A stretch of DNA of 64,000 nt from Minisyncoccota bacterium (GCA_041666545.1 JBAYGS010000005.1:18842-82841), one strand, 5' to 3'. Counted from the stretch's first letter, positions 17,601-27,114 are shown. The notes: generated from the letters alone by a model not told the origin. Translations and numbers: made by a program.

Positions 17601-17825
17601 ATGATTGATTATTTGGGAATTGGCTGCTTCCTTGGTTGCTTGATATTCGTCTACAAACTGACCGAGGCCAAAAACCGAAAATGGGAAAGCTTGTACGCGA
17701 GCGTAGCTGGCCTCATGTTCATCCTAACTCTTTTTTTGGTCTTCGAATCAGTGACCGAGCATCAAAAAAGAGATGAGATGAGAGCCAAGGCCAAAACCGC
17801 AAACCATCTCACAATAAAAAGATAG
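17601..17825 (+). CDS. Small hypothetical membrane protein
   Basis: Two TM segments; TTGACC-N17-TAAATT, GAAAGGG RBS, terminator 17832-17866. Confidence 0.65.
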   Translation: MIDYLGIGCFLGCLIFVYKLTEAKNRKWESLYASVAGLMFILTLFLVFESVTEHQKRDEMRAKAKTANHLTIKR

Positions 17826-17904
17826 AGCAGTACCGCCGAAGTCCCAAAGGGACTTCGGCGGTTTTTCTCTATCTCAAACTACCCACTACTCACTACTCAC
17901 TACA

Positions 17905-17960
17905 AATCCCGATGTCAGAAGTCGGGACCCCGACCTTTGTCTGACAAAGCGTCGGGGCTT
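17905..17960 (+). repeat. REP-like palindromic element (CCCGACGC...GTCGGGACCCCGACC...GCGTCGGGG family)
   Basis: Homologous to 27034-27086, 52834-52884, 55351-55401. Confidence 0.85.
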
Positions 17961-17963
17961 CTT

Positions 17964-19235
17964 CTAGTACTCCCTCATCGAAATCTGGGCATCAATTTTC
18001 TTAATCAAATCAAGAGCCACGGAGACCACAATCAAAAGCGCCGTACCTCCAATAGCCAAAGCGGAAATTCCGGTAAAGGCTCGAACAGCAAGTGGTAAAA
18101 CAGCAATTACACCCAAGAAGACAGCACCGACCAGCGTAATTCTGGTGACAATTTTAGCCAAATATTCGGTCGTCGATTGGCCCGGTCTGACACCTGGAAT
18201 AAAAGCTCCACCCTTCTGGAGATTGGTCGCGATTGATTCCGGCTCAAAAGTGACAGCCGTGTAGAAATAAGTGAAAAGAACAACCAAAATAAAATACAGG
18301 AGAGCGTAAAGCCAAACTTGTGAGAGCAGTTGAACCATAAAAGTCGAAATTGAGACGACAATCGGGTTGCCGGTATTAGCCAAGAAGGTGAAAATCATTT
18401 GCGGAAACAAAAGAATTGAAAGGGCAAAAATAATCGGAATCACACCGCCTTGGTTGATTCGCAAAGGCAAGTAAGTGGAAAGCCCGCCGTACATCTTCAT
18501 CCCCCGTACCCGCTTGGCATAGGTAATCGGCACCGGCCGCTCGGCTTCAGTAATAATCACCACACCCACAATCACCAGGAGTCCGATAATTAAGAATGCC
18601 AAATAGACTGGGATTTGTGAGACTTCAAAAGTAAAAGATAGTTGGGAAATTGCGACCGGTACTCTGGCCACGATACCGGCAAAAATGATGAGAGAAACAC
18701 CATTACCGATACCAAATTCAGTAATCAGCTCACCGAGCCAGGTCAAAAGGATTGAGCCACCGACAATTACCATGATGTTAGTCACGAATCCGAAAGTTTC
18801 AAGACCTGGCACAACCCCTTGTTTCTCCAAGAGAAGAAGAAAACCAAAAGCCTGGATTAAAGCCAGAGGCACTGTAAGTAGCCTTGAGTATTGGGCAAAA
18901 CGCTTGCGGCCAGCCTCCCCTTCTTCATGGTAAATCGCCTTCAGCTTCGGTGACATAATCGTCAAAAGCTGCATGATGATTGAAGCGGTAATGTAAGGGC
19001 CGACACCAAGCATCACAATCGACAAAGTCGATAGACCACCGCCAGAAAATACATCCAAAAGACCCAAAAATTGATTGCCCGAGAAGAACTGTTCGAGCTT
19101 CAAAGCATCAACACCCGGGATTGGGATCACGCTAAATAGTCGGAAAACTGCCAAAGCCACCAAAGTAAAAAGAATCCTTTGGCGCAAAATCTTATCTTGG
19201 AGGACTAATTTGGTTTTGGCTAGAAAGTTGTTCAT
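17964..19235 (-). CDS. secY: Preprotein translocase SecY
   Basis: IPIPG, LGVGPYITASIIMQLL, GIGNGVSLIIFAGI, FIPGVRPG; ATG 19235 preferred because GTG 19250 lies inside a repeat. Confidence 0.98.
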   Translation of the reverse strand: MNNFLAKTKLVLQDKILRQRILFTLVALAVFRLFSVIPIPGVDALKLEQFFSGNQFLGLLDVFSGGGLSTLSIVMLGVGPYITASIIMQLLTIMSPKLKAIYHEEGEAGRKRFAQYSRLLTVPLALIQAFGFLLLLEKQGVVPGLETFGFVTNIMVIVGGSILLTWLGELITEFGIGNGVSLIIFAGIVARVPVAISQLSFTFEVSQIPVYLAFLIIGLLVIVGVVIITEAERPVPITYAKRVRGMKMYGGLSTYLPLRINQGGVIPIIFALSILLFPQMIFTFLANTGNPIVVSISTFMVQLLSQVWLYALLYFILVVLFTYFYTAVTFEPESIATNLQKGGAFIPGVRPGQSTTEYLAKIVTRITLVGAVFLGVIAVLPLAVRAFTGISALAIGGTALLIVVSVALDLIKKIDAQISMREY

Positions 19236-19239
19236 TTTG

Positions 19240-19334
19240 GCACTCGACACTAATCCACGAATGAGGACGAATTACACGAATTTGGGTTTGAATTTATTTG
19301 TGTCATTCGCTTAAATTCGTAATTGGTGTCGTGT
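19240..19334. repeat. Inverted pair of ACGAAT/ATTCGT arms with CACGACAC/GTGTCGTG ends
   Basis: Same terminus GTGTCGTGT near 10368, 14686 and 23467; abuts rplO stop. Confidence 0.7.
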
Positions 19335-19774
19335 TAGACTATTTTGCCTCCCGCCTTTTCAATCTTGGCCTTGGCACTCCCTGAAAAGGCGCAACCGGAA
19401 ATATTCAAGGCTTTGGTCAATTCGCCATCACCTAGGATTTTGATTTTTGGCGACTTGCCGGATTTCAAAGCAATCAAACCAGAGGCTAAAATTTCTTTCG
19501 GAGTAACTGCGACGCCGGCCGAGAAAAACTTATCAAGTGAGCCGACATTGACCGGCACAAAAGCCACTTGGATACCAACATTGCTGTTTCGGCCACGACC
19601 GCGCAGTTTCGGAATACGCTTAATCATATCGCGAATTTCCGGGCGAACCTTGGCGCCGGCGCGGGCGGTCTGACCCTTACCACCGTGGCCGGAAGTCTTG
19701 CCCCGCTTACCGCCTCGGCCGATTTGCTGCCAATTTTTACGCTTAGTATGTCGTTTTAAATTATGGAGTTGCAT
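19334..19774 (-). CDS. rplO: 50S ribosomal protein L15
   Basis: GRGGKRGKTSG.G.KGQ.AR, KILGDGEL, FSGSAKAKIEKAGG. Confidence 0.97.
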   Translation of the reverse strand: MQLHNLKRHTKRKNWQQIGRGGKRGKTSGHGGKGQTARAGAKVRPEIRDMIKRIPKLRGRGRNSNVGIQVAFVPVNVGSLDKFFSAGVAVTPKEILASGLIALKSGKSPKIKILGDGELTKALNISGCAFSGSAKAKIEKAGGKIV

Positions 19775-19779
19775 AAAAT

Positions 19780-20427
19780 TTATTTACTGACTTTAGCACT
19801 TTCGAACTTCTTCAAAATCATTTTGCGTCGGCTCAATTCCGACAAAGCTTTCATGGCGGCGCGAGCATTATTCAGTCGATTTTTGCTACCAGAGAGCAAC
19901 TTGGCGTTAACATCTTTCAAACCGCAAAGCTCGATAACATTTCGAATAGAAGTACCGGCAACCATTCCCTTACCTCGAGCCGGCATAATCATCACTCGCG
20001 AGCTTGCATACTTAGCGGCAACTTCAAAAGGAATCGAGGAGCTCTTTGTCATCGGGACAGTAATTAAATTTTTCTTGGCTTCACGATTAGCCTTTTCAAT
20101 CGCCAAGGCAGTATCGCCGCCTTTACCCAATCCGACACCAACCTGACCCTTGCGATTACCGATAACCATGGCAACACTGAAAGCAAAGCGTCTACCACCG
20201 GCCACGGTTCGGGAAACGCGTCTAATATCAATGATTTTCTGATCAAATTCCGGCTTTACTCTCTCCGGCCTGGTACCACCACGGCGCGGACCACCTCGTC
20301 TTTCCGGACGATTACCAAAACCGCCCCTCACCGGTCGAGCATTTCTTGAATCGGCAGCCGGTAGAGCTCCGGGAGTAGTCGGGGCAACTTTCGCCACATC
20401 TGCATTTTGTTTGGTATCGTCTTTCAT
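19780..20427 (-). CDS. rpsE: 30S ribosomal protein S5 (N-terminally extended)
   Basis: IRRVSRTVAGGRRFAFS..MVIGNRKG.VG.G.GK; ATG 20427. Confidence 0.97.
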   Translation of the reverse strand: MKDDTKQNADVAKVAPTTPGALPAADSRNARPVRGGFGNRPERRGGPRRGGTRPERVKPEFDQKIIDIRRVSRTVAGGRRFAFSVAMVIGNRKGQVGVGLGKGGDTALAIEKANREAKKNLITVPMTKSSSIPFEVAAKYASSRVMIMPARGKGMVAGTSIRNVIELCGLKDVNAKLLSGSKNRLNNARAAMKALSELSRRKMILKKFESAKVSK

Positions 20428-20434
20428 AATGTTT

Positions 20435-20468
20435 TTATTCGTGTGCCCTATTTGCAAGGGTTCTTAAC
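20435..20468 (-). repeat. 34-bp dispersed repeat
   Basis: ttattcgtgtgccctatttgcaagggttcttaac in rplR-rpsE spacer. Confidence 0.85.
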
Positions 20469-20491
20469 TTAAAATTTCGATTACAATCTCA

Positions 20492-20839
20492 TTAAAACAC
20501 TAAACCGCCTTCTCTGGCACTATCGGCCAAGACTTTGATTTTGCCGGTGTAAATAAAGCCTCCTCGGTCAAAGACGACAGTCTTAATCTTCTTGGCCATG
20601 GCCAATTTGGCCAACTCTAAACCAACAGCCTTAGCTTTTTCCAAAACGGTTTTACCCGGAGCTTTCATTGAGGAAGCGGCTACCAAAGTCTTACCGGTAG
20701 CATCATCAATCAATTGGGCGTAGATATATTTATTGGAACGAAAAACCGAAAAGCGCGGTCTGGCTTCGGTGCCAAAAATCTTGGCCCTAATTTTCTTATG
20801 GCGTCGATCTCTTTTTAGTTTTGATGTTGGCTTTTTCAT
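20492..20839 (-). CDS. rplR: 50S ribosomal protein L18
   Basis: [28 protein letters not shown]. Confidence 0.97.
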   Translation of the reverse strand: MKKPTSKLKRDRRHKKIRAKIFGTEARPRFSVFRSNKYIYAQLIDDATGKTLVAASSMKAPGKTVLEKAKAVGLELAKLAMAKKIKTVVFDRGGFIYTGKIKVLADSAREGGLVF

Positions 20840-20896
20840 TGAATTTTATCTTTGGCTTTCATACCTTATACCATATACCTAATACTATATACCCCT

Positions 20897-21430
20897 CTAG
20901 GCTGCTTTCTTGCCTTCCTTCCTACGAATGACTTCCTTCTCATATCTCATACCCTTACCCTTATAAGGCTCGGCTTTCTTCAAATCGCGGACTTTGGCGG
21001 CAAACTGACCGACCAATTCCTTATCAATACCTGAAACAGTGATCAAGTTCTTCTCGGCAGTCACTTTTAGACCCTCCGGAATGTCCATCTCCACCGGGTG
21101 AGAAAAACCAAGACTAAAAACCATTTTCTTGCCTTTGACTTCAGATTTGAAACCGATACCTTCCAAAATCAACTTTTTCTCAAAAGCCTTGTTGACGCCG
21201 TTAATCATATTGTTGACATGCGAAGAAGCGGTTCCCCACATCGCACTCACCTCAACGCCGGTGCGCTTTGGAGTAAGGATAACCTGATTATTATCGATAG
21301 CAATGCCGATAATCGGTCGGAAGTTTCTTGAGAGCTCGCCCAAAGGACCCTTGACCTTCACAACATTGTTCAAAACCGACACTGTCGTGCCGTTTGGGAT
21401 TGCAATTGGTTTTTTGCCGATTCTGGACAT
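20897..21430 (-). CDS. rplF: 50S ribosomal protein L6
   Basis: MSRIGKKPI, EPYKGKG.RY. Confidence 0.98.
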   Translation of the reverse strand: MSRIGKKPIAIPNGTTVSVLNNVVKVKGPLGELSRNFRPIIGIAIDNNQVILTPKRTGVEVSAMWGTASSHVNNMINGVNKAFEKKLILEGIGFKSEVKGKKMVFSLGFSHPVEMDIPEGLKVTAEKNLITVSGIDKELVGQFAAKVRDLKKAEPYKGKGMRYEKEVIRRKEGKKAA

Positions 21431-21443
21431 GATGATAATTAAT

Positions 21444-21477
21444 TTATTCGTGTGCCCTATTCGTAAGGGTTCTCAAC
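21444..21477 (-). repeat. 34-bp dispersed repeat
   Basis: ttattcgtgtgccctattcgtaagggttctcaac in rpsH-rplF spacer. Confidence 0.85.
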
Positions 21478-21479
21478 TA

Positions 21480-21869
21480 TTACCAGATTTTAAATAAAAC
21501 TTCGCCACCGACTTTTTCTTTCTTGGCCTCCTTATCGGTCAAAATTCCTTTTGGGGTCGAGAGCACGATCAAGCCTAAACCGCTCTTGAAAGATCGGATT
21601 TCTTTGGCGCCCTGGTAAACGCGCTTGGACGGTTTGGAGACACGGGCCACATCGTTGATTCGAGGTGTCTTACCTTCGGCATATTCGACTTCAGCCTCCA
21701 AAATCTTGTGGTTATTCTTGCGCTTCTTGGCAATTGATTTGAGAAAACCGTTCTTAACCAAAATATCTGCAATTGACTCCTTAATCGCCGAATGAGGTAC
21801 CACAACACTTCCCCGACCTGCGAGGCCGGCATTCTTAACTTTGATTAGAAAATCAGCGATTGGATCCAT
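21480..21869 (-). CDS. rpsH: 30S ribosomal protein S8
   Basis: MDPIAD, RVSKPSKRVY, LSTPKGILT..EA....GGEVL. Confidence 0.98.
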   Translation of the reverse strand: MDPIADFLIKVKNAGLAGRGSVVVPHSAIKESIADILVKNGFLKSIAKKRKNNHKILEAEVEYAEGKTPRINDVARVSKPSKRVYQGAKEIRSFKSGLGLIVLSTPKGILTDKEAKKEKVGGEVLFKIW

Positions 21870-21874
21870 AAAAT

Positions 21875-21987
21875 AATTTAAAATTGAAAGGTCAAAATGG
21901 AAAATTGCAATTTAAAATCTAAAATTAGATTCTGAAAATTATTCAATTTTGCATTGTCATTTTTCATTTTGAGATTTACATTTTCCA
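21875..21987. mobile_element. Gene-less copy of the four-helix-bundle inverted-arm element
   Basis: Arm 21945-21987 is 37/43 identical to 62241-62283; fills rpsN-rpsH spacer. Confidence 0.65.
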
Positions 21988-22173
21988 CTACCATGATGAC
22001 TTCTTGATTCCCGGAATCATGCCTTCGTTGGCATACTCGCGGAAGCAAATACGGCAAAGGTCGAAGTCTCGCATATAGCCGCGCTTGCGACCACAGCGGA
22101 AACAACGGTTAGTAGCCCGAGTGGAAAATTTCGGTTTCTTTAACGATCTTGCTACTACTGATGTTTTTGCCAT
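21988..22173 (-). CDS. rpsN: 30S ribosomal protein S14, Zn-binding type
   Basis: NRCFRCGR...[17 protein letters not shown]. Confidence 0.97.
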   Translation of the reverse strand: MAKTSVVARSLKKPKFSTRATNRCFRCGRKRGYMRDFDLCRICFREYANEGMIPGIKKSSW

Positions 22174-22243
22174 AATAAATTAAAAAAGCTTGCAAAAGCT
22201 TGTCCGCGTATACTAGCAAACCAAGAAGAAGAATGCAAGGCAG

Positions 22244-22276
22244 GTTGAGAACCCTTACGAATAGGGCACACGAATA
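22244..22276 (+). repeat. 34-bp dispersed repeat
   Basis: gttgagaacccttacgaatagggcacacgaata. Confidence 0.85.
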
Positions 22277-22461
22277 GGCCAGCCGGCAAAAGTATAGGTA
22301 TAAGGTATAAGTATAGGTATGGGAAATGGGTCCAAAAGTCAAAAAGCACGGGAGAAGACAAGATAAAAGGCGCGCAACTGCGTTGCGCGCCTTGACTCTC
22401 ACCCTATATTCCTAGAAAGCTCATCAGCAACCAAGGCCTCGATAAATCGGCACAAGCCAAG

Positions 22462-22495
22462 CAGACAAAAACGGCCTACTGGCCGTTTTTGTCTG
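22462..22495. terminator. Bidirectional terminator after rplE
   Basis: cagacaaaaacggcc-tact-ggccgtttttgtctg. Confidence 0.75.
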
Positions 22496-22531
22496 TCCTT
22501 ATTCCTAAATCATGAATCTTTATTCCTAATT

Positions 22532-23062
22532 CTATTTCTTGAGAGGAAAACCTAAGTATTCTAGAAAAGCTCTGGTCAATTTTTTGTCGCCGGAAGTGGT
22601 GACGATTGTGATAGCGAGACCGAAAACATCTTTCAACTCTTCATCGGAAGTTTCAGGGAAAATTGTGTGTTCTTTGATGCCGATAGTGTAATTGCCCATA
22701 TCATCAATGGCGGTGGCATTAAGTCCACGAAAGTCTTTGGTTCGAGGCAGGGCCACATTTAAAAGTTTGTCCAAAAAGCCGTACATCCGAGCACCCCGAA
22801 GCGTGATCTGATAACCAACCAAATCGCCTTCTCGAGACTTGAAGGTGGCGATTGATTTCTTGGCAGAACGAGGAGCGGCCTTCTGGCCAGTAATTTTACC
22901 CAAACGATCAGCAATCAATTCCAATTTTTTCTTATCTTTAAGAGAGCCGACGCCGGTCGAAATCACCACCTTGGAGAGGCGTGGCGCTTGCATCGGATTT
23001 TTGAAGCCAAACTGACCTTTCAGCGATTCAAAAGCCTTATTCTGTTTTTCTTTGGTATTCAT
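22532..23062 (-). CDS. rplE: 50S ribosomal protein L5
   Basis: ITGQK, KKSIATFK.R.G, TLRG.RM..FL, ALPR.KDFRG. Confidence 0.98.
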   Translation of the reverse strand: MNTKEKQNKAFESLKGQFGFKNPMQAPRLSKVVISTGVGSLKDKKKLELIADRLGKITGQKAAPRSAKKSIATFKSREGDLVGYQITLRGARMYGFLDKLLNVALPRTKDFRGLNATAIDDMGNYTIGIKEHTIFPETSDEELKDVFGLAITIVTTSGDKKLTRAFLEYLGFPLKK

Positions 23063-23121
23063 AATTAGTTAGTTTAGAAGTTGAAAAGTTTGAAAGTTTG
23101 GAAGTCTCAAGATTACCCAAG

Positions 23122-23421
23122 CTAGATGGCTGAACCGGTTTTTTTACTGACACGAATCAGTTTGCCGTCAATCAACTTCTTACCGGCTCGAACTGGCTTG
23201 CCACCCTCCACCAACTGAACATTGGAAACATGGATCGGCAAGGTCACATCAATAATCTGACCTTTCTCATTGCTCTTCCTCGGTCTCTGGTGTCGCTTTT
23301 TGACATTGACACCCTCAACCAGAATACGGTTTTCGGCAGGTAGCGCCTCAAGCACCTTACCGGTTTTACCCCGGTCTTTGCCAGCAATCACCATTACATT
23401 GTCATTTTTCTTGATTCTCAT
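23122..23421 (-). CDS. rplX: 50S ribosomal protein L24
   Basis: V.VIAGKDRGK.GKV, VEGVN..KRH, PIHVSNV. Confidence 0.97.
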   Translation of the reverse strand: MRIKKNDNVMVIAGKDRGKTGKVLEALPAENRILVEGVNVKKRHQRPRKSNEKGQIIDVTLPIHVSNVQLVEGGKPVRAGKKLIDGKLIRVSKKTGSAI

Positions 23422-23474
23422 ATATGTATTCTTAGATTCGTGTCATTCGTCTTAATTAGTGAATTGGTGTCGTG

Positions 23475-23846
23475 TTATACGATTTCAGCCGCCAAAGAAG
23501 CGATTTTCTGGTAACCCTTTTCAGCCAATTCTCGAGGAATCGGTCCAAAAACACGGCCGGCAATCGGATCCATCTTGCCTTTTTCCAAAATCACCACAGC
23601 ATTCTCATCGAAACGGACATAGGAACCGTCCAGGCGTCTTAGGGCCTTGGTCTGACGAACCACTACCGCCTGCAAGACATCCTTTTTCTTTACCGCCTTT
23701 CTTGGTTCGGCTTTCTGAACTGACAAAACCACCTGGTCACCGATTGAAGCGTAGCGCTTTTTGGAGGCACCGAGCACCTTGAAAATGCGTCCGATTTTAG
23801 CCCCGGAGTTGTCGACGATTTTCACAATGGTGCGTGGTTGAATCAT
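23475..23846 (-). CDS. rplN: 50S ribosomal protein L14
   Basis: MIQ....VDNSGAK, RFDENAVV, RVFGPI.REL. Confidence 0.98.
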   Translation of the reverse strand: MIQPRTIVKIVDNSGAKIGRIFKVLGASKKRYASIGDQVVLSVQKAEPRKAVKKKDVLQAVVVRQTKALRRLDGSYVRFDENAVVILEKGKMDPIAGRVFGPIPRELAEKGYQKIASLAAEIV

Positions 23847-23908
23847 ATTGGTTAGTTAGTAGTGAGTAGTTGGTAGTTTGTAGTTTGTAGTTGAAGAAAA
23901 GAAAATAC

Positions 23909-24172
23909 CTAGACAATTTTAAAAGATTTGCGTTTGGAAATCGGGCGGCACTCTTCGATGGTCACCTTATCGCCGATTTTCTTGGTATTACCCGGATCGT
24001 GGGCCAAGTACTTCTTAGAAATCTTCATGTACTTGCCGTATTTCGGGTGCTTTTCATAGCGATTGGTCACAACCGAAACAGTGTCTTTCATCTTGTCTGA
24101 AGAGACCACACCTTGAATAACCCGAGGGCGACGGTTAGGAGTTTCTGTTGGTTTGTTGGTTTTTGGCTTCAT
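23909..24172 (-). CDS. rpsQ: 30S ribosomal protein S17
   Basis: G.V.SDKM.DT, HPKYGK, AHD, ECRPISKRK. Confidence 0.97.
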   Translation of the reverse strand: MKPKTNKPTETPNRRPRVIQGVVSSDKMKDTVSVVTNRYEKHPKYGKYMKISKKYLAHDPGNTKKIGDKVTIEECRPISKRKSFKIV

Positions 24173-24213
24173 AATAAATGAAAGTGTATCTTAGCTTAAA
24201 GCAGTTAAACTGT

Positions 24214-24405
24214 CTATTTGCTGTTCTTTCTTTGATTCTGCTCGGTCATAATTTTGGCAATCTCTCGCTTCAGGTTTCTCCCCTCTCGCATGTTGCGATT
24301 CTTGCTACCGGCAATACCGAAACGGAAAGCTCGAACAGCTTCGCGCTTCTCTAAAAGCATCGCAACAAGCTCGGCATCAGTTTTGTTTTTAAATTCGTTG
24401 GACAT
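24214..24405 (-). CDS. rpmC: 50S ribosomal protein L29
   Basis: EL...L......FRF...KREIAKI.T; position between rplP and rpsQ. Confidence 0.92.
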   Translation of the reverse strand: MSNEFKNKTDAELVAMLLEKREAVRAFRFGIAGSKNRNMREGRNLKREIAKIMTEQNQRKNSK

Positions 24406-24416
24406 TTTATTTCAAA

Positions 24417-24839
24417 TTAGACTCGGCTGACAAACTTAGTTTTGACCGGCAACTTGGAACCCGCTTTGCGGAGAGCTTCGGCCGCCTCAACCTCCGGAAT
24501 ACCGTCGACTTCAAAAATCACTCGGCCTGGGCGCACCTCAACACAAAAACCCTGCGGTTCGCCTTTACCTTTACCCATTTTCACTTCGGCCGGCTTTTGA
24601 GTATATGGTCGGTCCGGGAAAACTCGAACCCACATCTTGCCGGATTTGGTGAGTGAGCGAGAAATAACTTTTCGAGCCGATTCCAACTGATTTGACCTGA
24701 TACGAGCGTGGCCCAAAGTTTTCAAACCAAAAGAACCGAAAGACAATTTGAGTCCTCGAGTTTCCGGCCTTAGCCAGTAGTCGGCATTCTTACGAGCAGT
24801 ATGCCATTTTCTAAATTTTACTTTCTTTGGGACAAACAT
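24417..24839 (-). CDS. rplP: 50S ribosomal protein L16
   Basis: PKKVKFRK, RVFPDRPYT.KP.EVKMGKGKG. Confidence 0.98.
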   Translation of the reverse strand: MFVPKKVKFRKWHTARKNADYWLRPETRGLKLSFGSFGLKTLGHARIRSNQLESARKVISRSLTKSGKMWVRVFPDRPYTQKPAEVKMGKGKGEPQGFCVEVRPGRVIFEVDGIPEVEAAEALRKAGSKLPVKTKFVSRV

Positions 24840-24860
24840 GTTAGTAAATTAAAATGAAAA

Positions 24861-25526
24861 TTATTTCTTGTCGGCAAAAATCTCACCTCGGTAAATCCAA
24901 ACTTTAATGCCGATATCACCGTAGTCCATATGAGCTTTCTCTCTGGCAAAATCGATATCCGCACGCAAAGTCTGAAGTGGGACTTGGCCTTTGCGGAGCT
25001 CTTCTGAGCGGGCCATTTCGGCACCACCCAAACGGCCACCCAAGTAAACCTTAACGCCCTTAACATCTCGGTTAGCCATAACTTTCTCAATCGCCTGCTT
25101 CATCACGCGACGGAAAGGCATTCTTTTTTCAATGCTTTCGGCAATCATTTGAGAGACAATCGCGGCATTTGATTCCGGTGAGCGGATTTCTTCGATATCA
25201 AGCTTGAGCTCTTGATGAGTAATCGGCTTGCCGGTTTTAAGAACCAACTTGGCCAAATCTTCCTTCAACTTGACGGCGCCTTCCCCGCTTCGGCCGATAA
25301 TCATACCCGGACGAGAAGTTTTGATGATAATTCGCAAAGTTTTGGTGCCTCGCTCGATTTCTACCGAGCTAACAAAAAATCCGCGTAGCCGCTTGGCCAA
25401 ATATTCGCGGATCTTGATATCTTCCTTCAGAGACTTCTTGTACATATCACCCACGCCAAACCAGCGTGACTTCCAATCACGAATGATACCTAGACGATGT
25501 GAATATGGGTGAACGGTGTGGGACAT
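24861..25526 (-). CDS. rpsC: 30S ribosomal protein S3
   Basis: HP...RLGI...W.SRWF, RPGMIIGR.G, GRLGGAEMARSE, PLQTLRADIDF. Confidence 0.98.
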   Translation of the reverse strand: MSHTVHPYSHRLGIIRDWKSRWFGVGDMYKKSLKEDIKIREYLAKRLRGFFVSSVEIERGTKTLRIIIKTSRPGMIIGRSGEGAVKLKEDLAKLVLKTGKPITHQELKLDIEEIRSPESNAAIVSQMIAESIEKRMPFRRVMKQAIEKVMANRDVKGVKVYLGGRLGGAEMARSEELRKGQVPLQTLRADIDFAREKAHMDYGDIGIKVWIYRGEIFADKK

Positions 25527-25565
25527 AATAGTTAAATAATCAATAATCAAGAAACAATCACCAAA

Positions 25566-25955
25566 CTAACTGTTTCCTTTGCTCTTAATTTGTTTCTTGG
25601 TTTTTGGTGTTTGGTTATTCTCCAGTTCGCTTAGAACTAGGGTAATATGGCTAGTTCGCTTATTGATACCGGAAGCGCTACCTCGAGCTCGCGGCATGAT
25701 TCGCTTTAAAATCACCCCAGCATCGACAGTGACACCTTTAACCTTAAGATTCTCGGCGGACAGGTTTTGACTATTCTTGGCATTGGCTACCGCTGACATT
25801 AGCAATTTTTTAATCGGGGCGCTAGCTCGCTTGGCCAAAAAATCCAATTCAGCAATCGCCAAATTAACCGGCTTGCCTTTGATCAAATCGGCAACAAGTC
25901 TAACCTTACGTGGTGATTGTCGGTAATTATTCAGTTTTGCGGTAATTGTTGTCAT
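25566..25955 (-). CDS. rplV: 50S ribosomal protein L22
   Basis: SPRKVRLVADLIKGK, SAVANA, PRARG.A..I.KRTSHIT. Confidence 0.98.
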   Translation of the reverse strand: MTTITAKLNNYRQSPRKVRLVADLIKGKPVNLAIAELDFLAKRASAPIKKLLMSAVANAKNSQNLSAENLKVKGVTVDAGVILKRIMPRARGSASGINKRTSHITLVLSELENNQTPKTKKQIKSKGNS

Positions 25956-25959
25956 TGTT

Positions 25960-25993
25960 TTATTCGCATGCCCTATTCGTAAGGGTTCTTAAC
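25960..25993 (-). repeat. 34-bp dispersed repeat
   Basis: ttattcgcatgccctattcgtaagggttcttaac fills rpsS-rplV spacer. Confidence 0.85.
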
Positions 25994-26334
25994 TATTTCT
26001 TAGCTTCGGTTGAAGCTTTAGCAGCCTGCGCAGAGGCAATCTCGGCTTGCTTCTTGGCAGCCTCGAGTTCCTTCTGCATCTTACCGCCGTGCTTAACGAA
26101 CTTGCGGGTTAAAGAAAATTCGCCCAATCGATGGCCAACCATGTCTTCAGAAATCAAAACTTCAATAAAATCCTTGCCATTATGAACGGCAAACTTAAAA
26201 CCAACCATTTCTGGAGAAATCTGGCAGGCCCGAGACCAAGTCTTAATTGGTTCAGACTTTTCAGGACGCTTGCCTGCTATCTTCTTTAGCAGCCTTTCGT
26301 CGACATATGGTCCTTTCTTAAGCGATCGTGTCAT
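25993..26334 (-). CDS. rpsS: 30S ribosomal protein S19
   Basis: [32 protein letters not shown]. Confidence 0.98.
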   Translation of the reverse strand: MTRSLKKGPYVDERLLKKIAGKRPEKSEPIKTWSRACQISPEMVGFKFAVHNGKDFIEVLISEDMVGHRLGEFSLTRKFVKHGGKMQKELEAAKKQAEIASAQAAKASTEAKK

Positions 26335-26596
26335 AGGTTAGTTGGTAGTGAGTAGTTTGTAGTTATCAGAGACAACACCAAAACTACGCCCTTTATGTAA
26401 AAAGCTCCAAACGAGCTAGACGGATAGCTTAGCATAAGTCATTTTAAAGAGCAACTCTGGGCTGGTATAGGTATAAAGTATAAGTATAGGCTCAAAATAA
26501 GGGAGTTTTCACGCACTTGACAATCTGACATATTGTATGATAAAATACTAATAGAGTTGGAATTTGGCAACAAACAAAAAACGAATAGGAGACAAC

Positions 26597-26968
26597 ATGA
26601 ACAATGTACACATCGCCCCCGGAAGCGTCGGCGCATCGGTTGGTTTTCGAGCCGGCCTGGCAACAGAAATGGCCGCGAAGATCCTGCAGCAGGACGCGCG
26701 AGACAAGCCTATCAAGGAATACCTTTTGAATACCGCCCCACCTTCAGTTCGCGAATGGATTCACGAAAATGGGGTGATTGATGATCTTTTCCATTATGGT
26801 TTCTCCAGCCGTCAGATGCGATTTGGTGAACCTTTGAACGACTCGGCGCATGTCTTGGGGGTCTGCGCCCAACTGGCAAAGGCCTGGAAAGGCCTGGTCC
26901 GGGTCACGGTGAGCAGCAACCCTGAACCACACCGTGTGGAAATCTTCTTCAGCGCCACACGACTTTAG
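26597..26968 (+). CDS. Hypothetical protein inserted antisense between rplB and rpsS
   Basis: TTGACA-N18-TAAAAT, AGGAG RBS, ATG 26597, terminator 26991-27020. Confidence 0.65.
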   Translation: MNNVHIAPGSVGASVGFRAGLATEMAAKILQQDARDKPIKEYLLNTAPPSVREWIHENGVIDDLFHYGFSSRQMRFGEPLNDSAHVLGVCAQLAKAWKGLVRVTVSSNPEPHRVEIFFSATRL

Positions 26969-27033
26969 GCAGGTGGCGTAGCAAACGGACAGGCCCGCGA
27001 CAGCAGTCGCGGGCCTTTTTATTTCTTCTAAGT

Positions 27034-27086
27034 AAGCCCCGACGCCTTGGTCGGGACCCCGGCCTCGTCCGACGAGCGTCGGGGCT
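27034..27086 (+). repeat. REP-like palindromic element
   Basis: aagccccgacgccttggtcgggaccccggcctcgtccgacgagcgtcggggct. Confidence 0.85.
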
Positions 27087-27114
27087 AATGAAGCTATCCG
27101 GCTAATCAAGCTAA

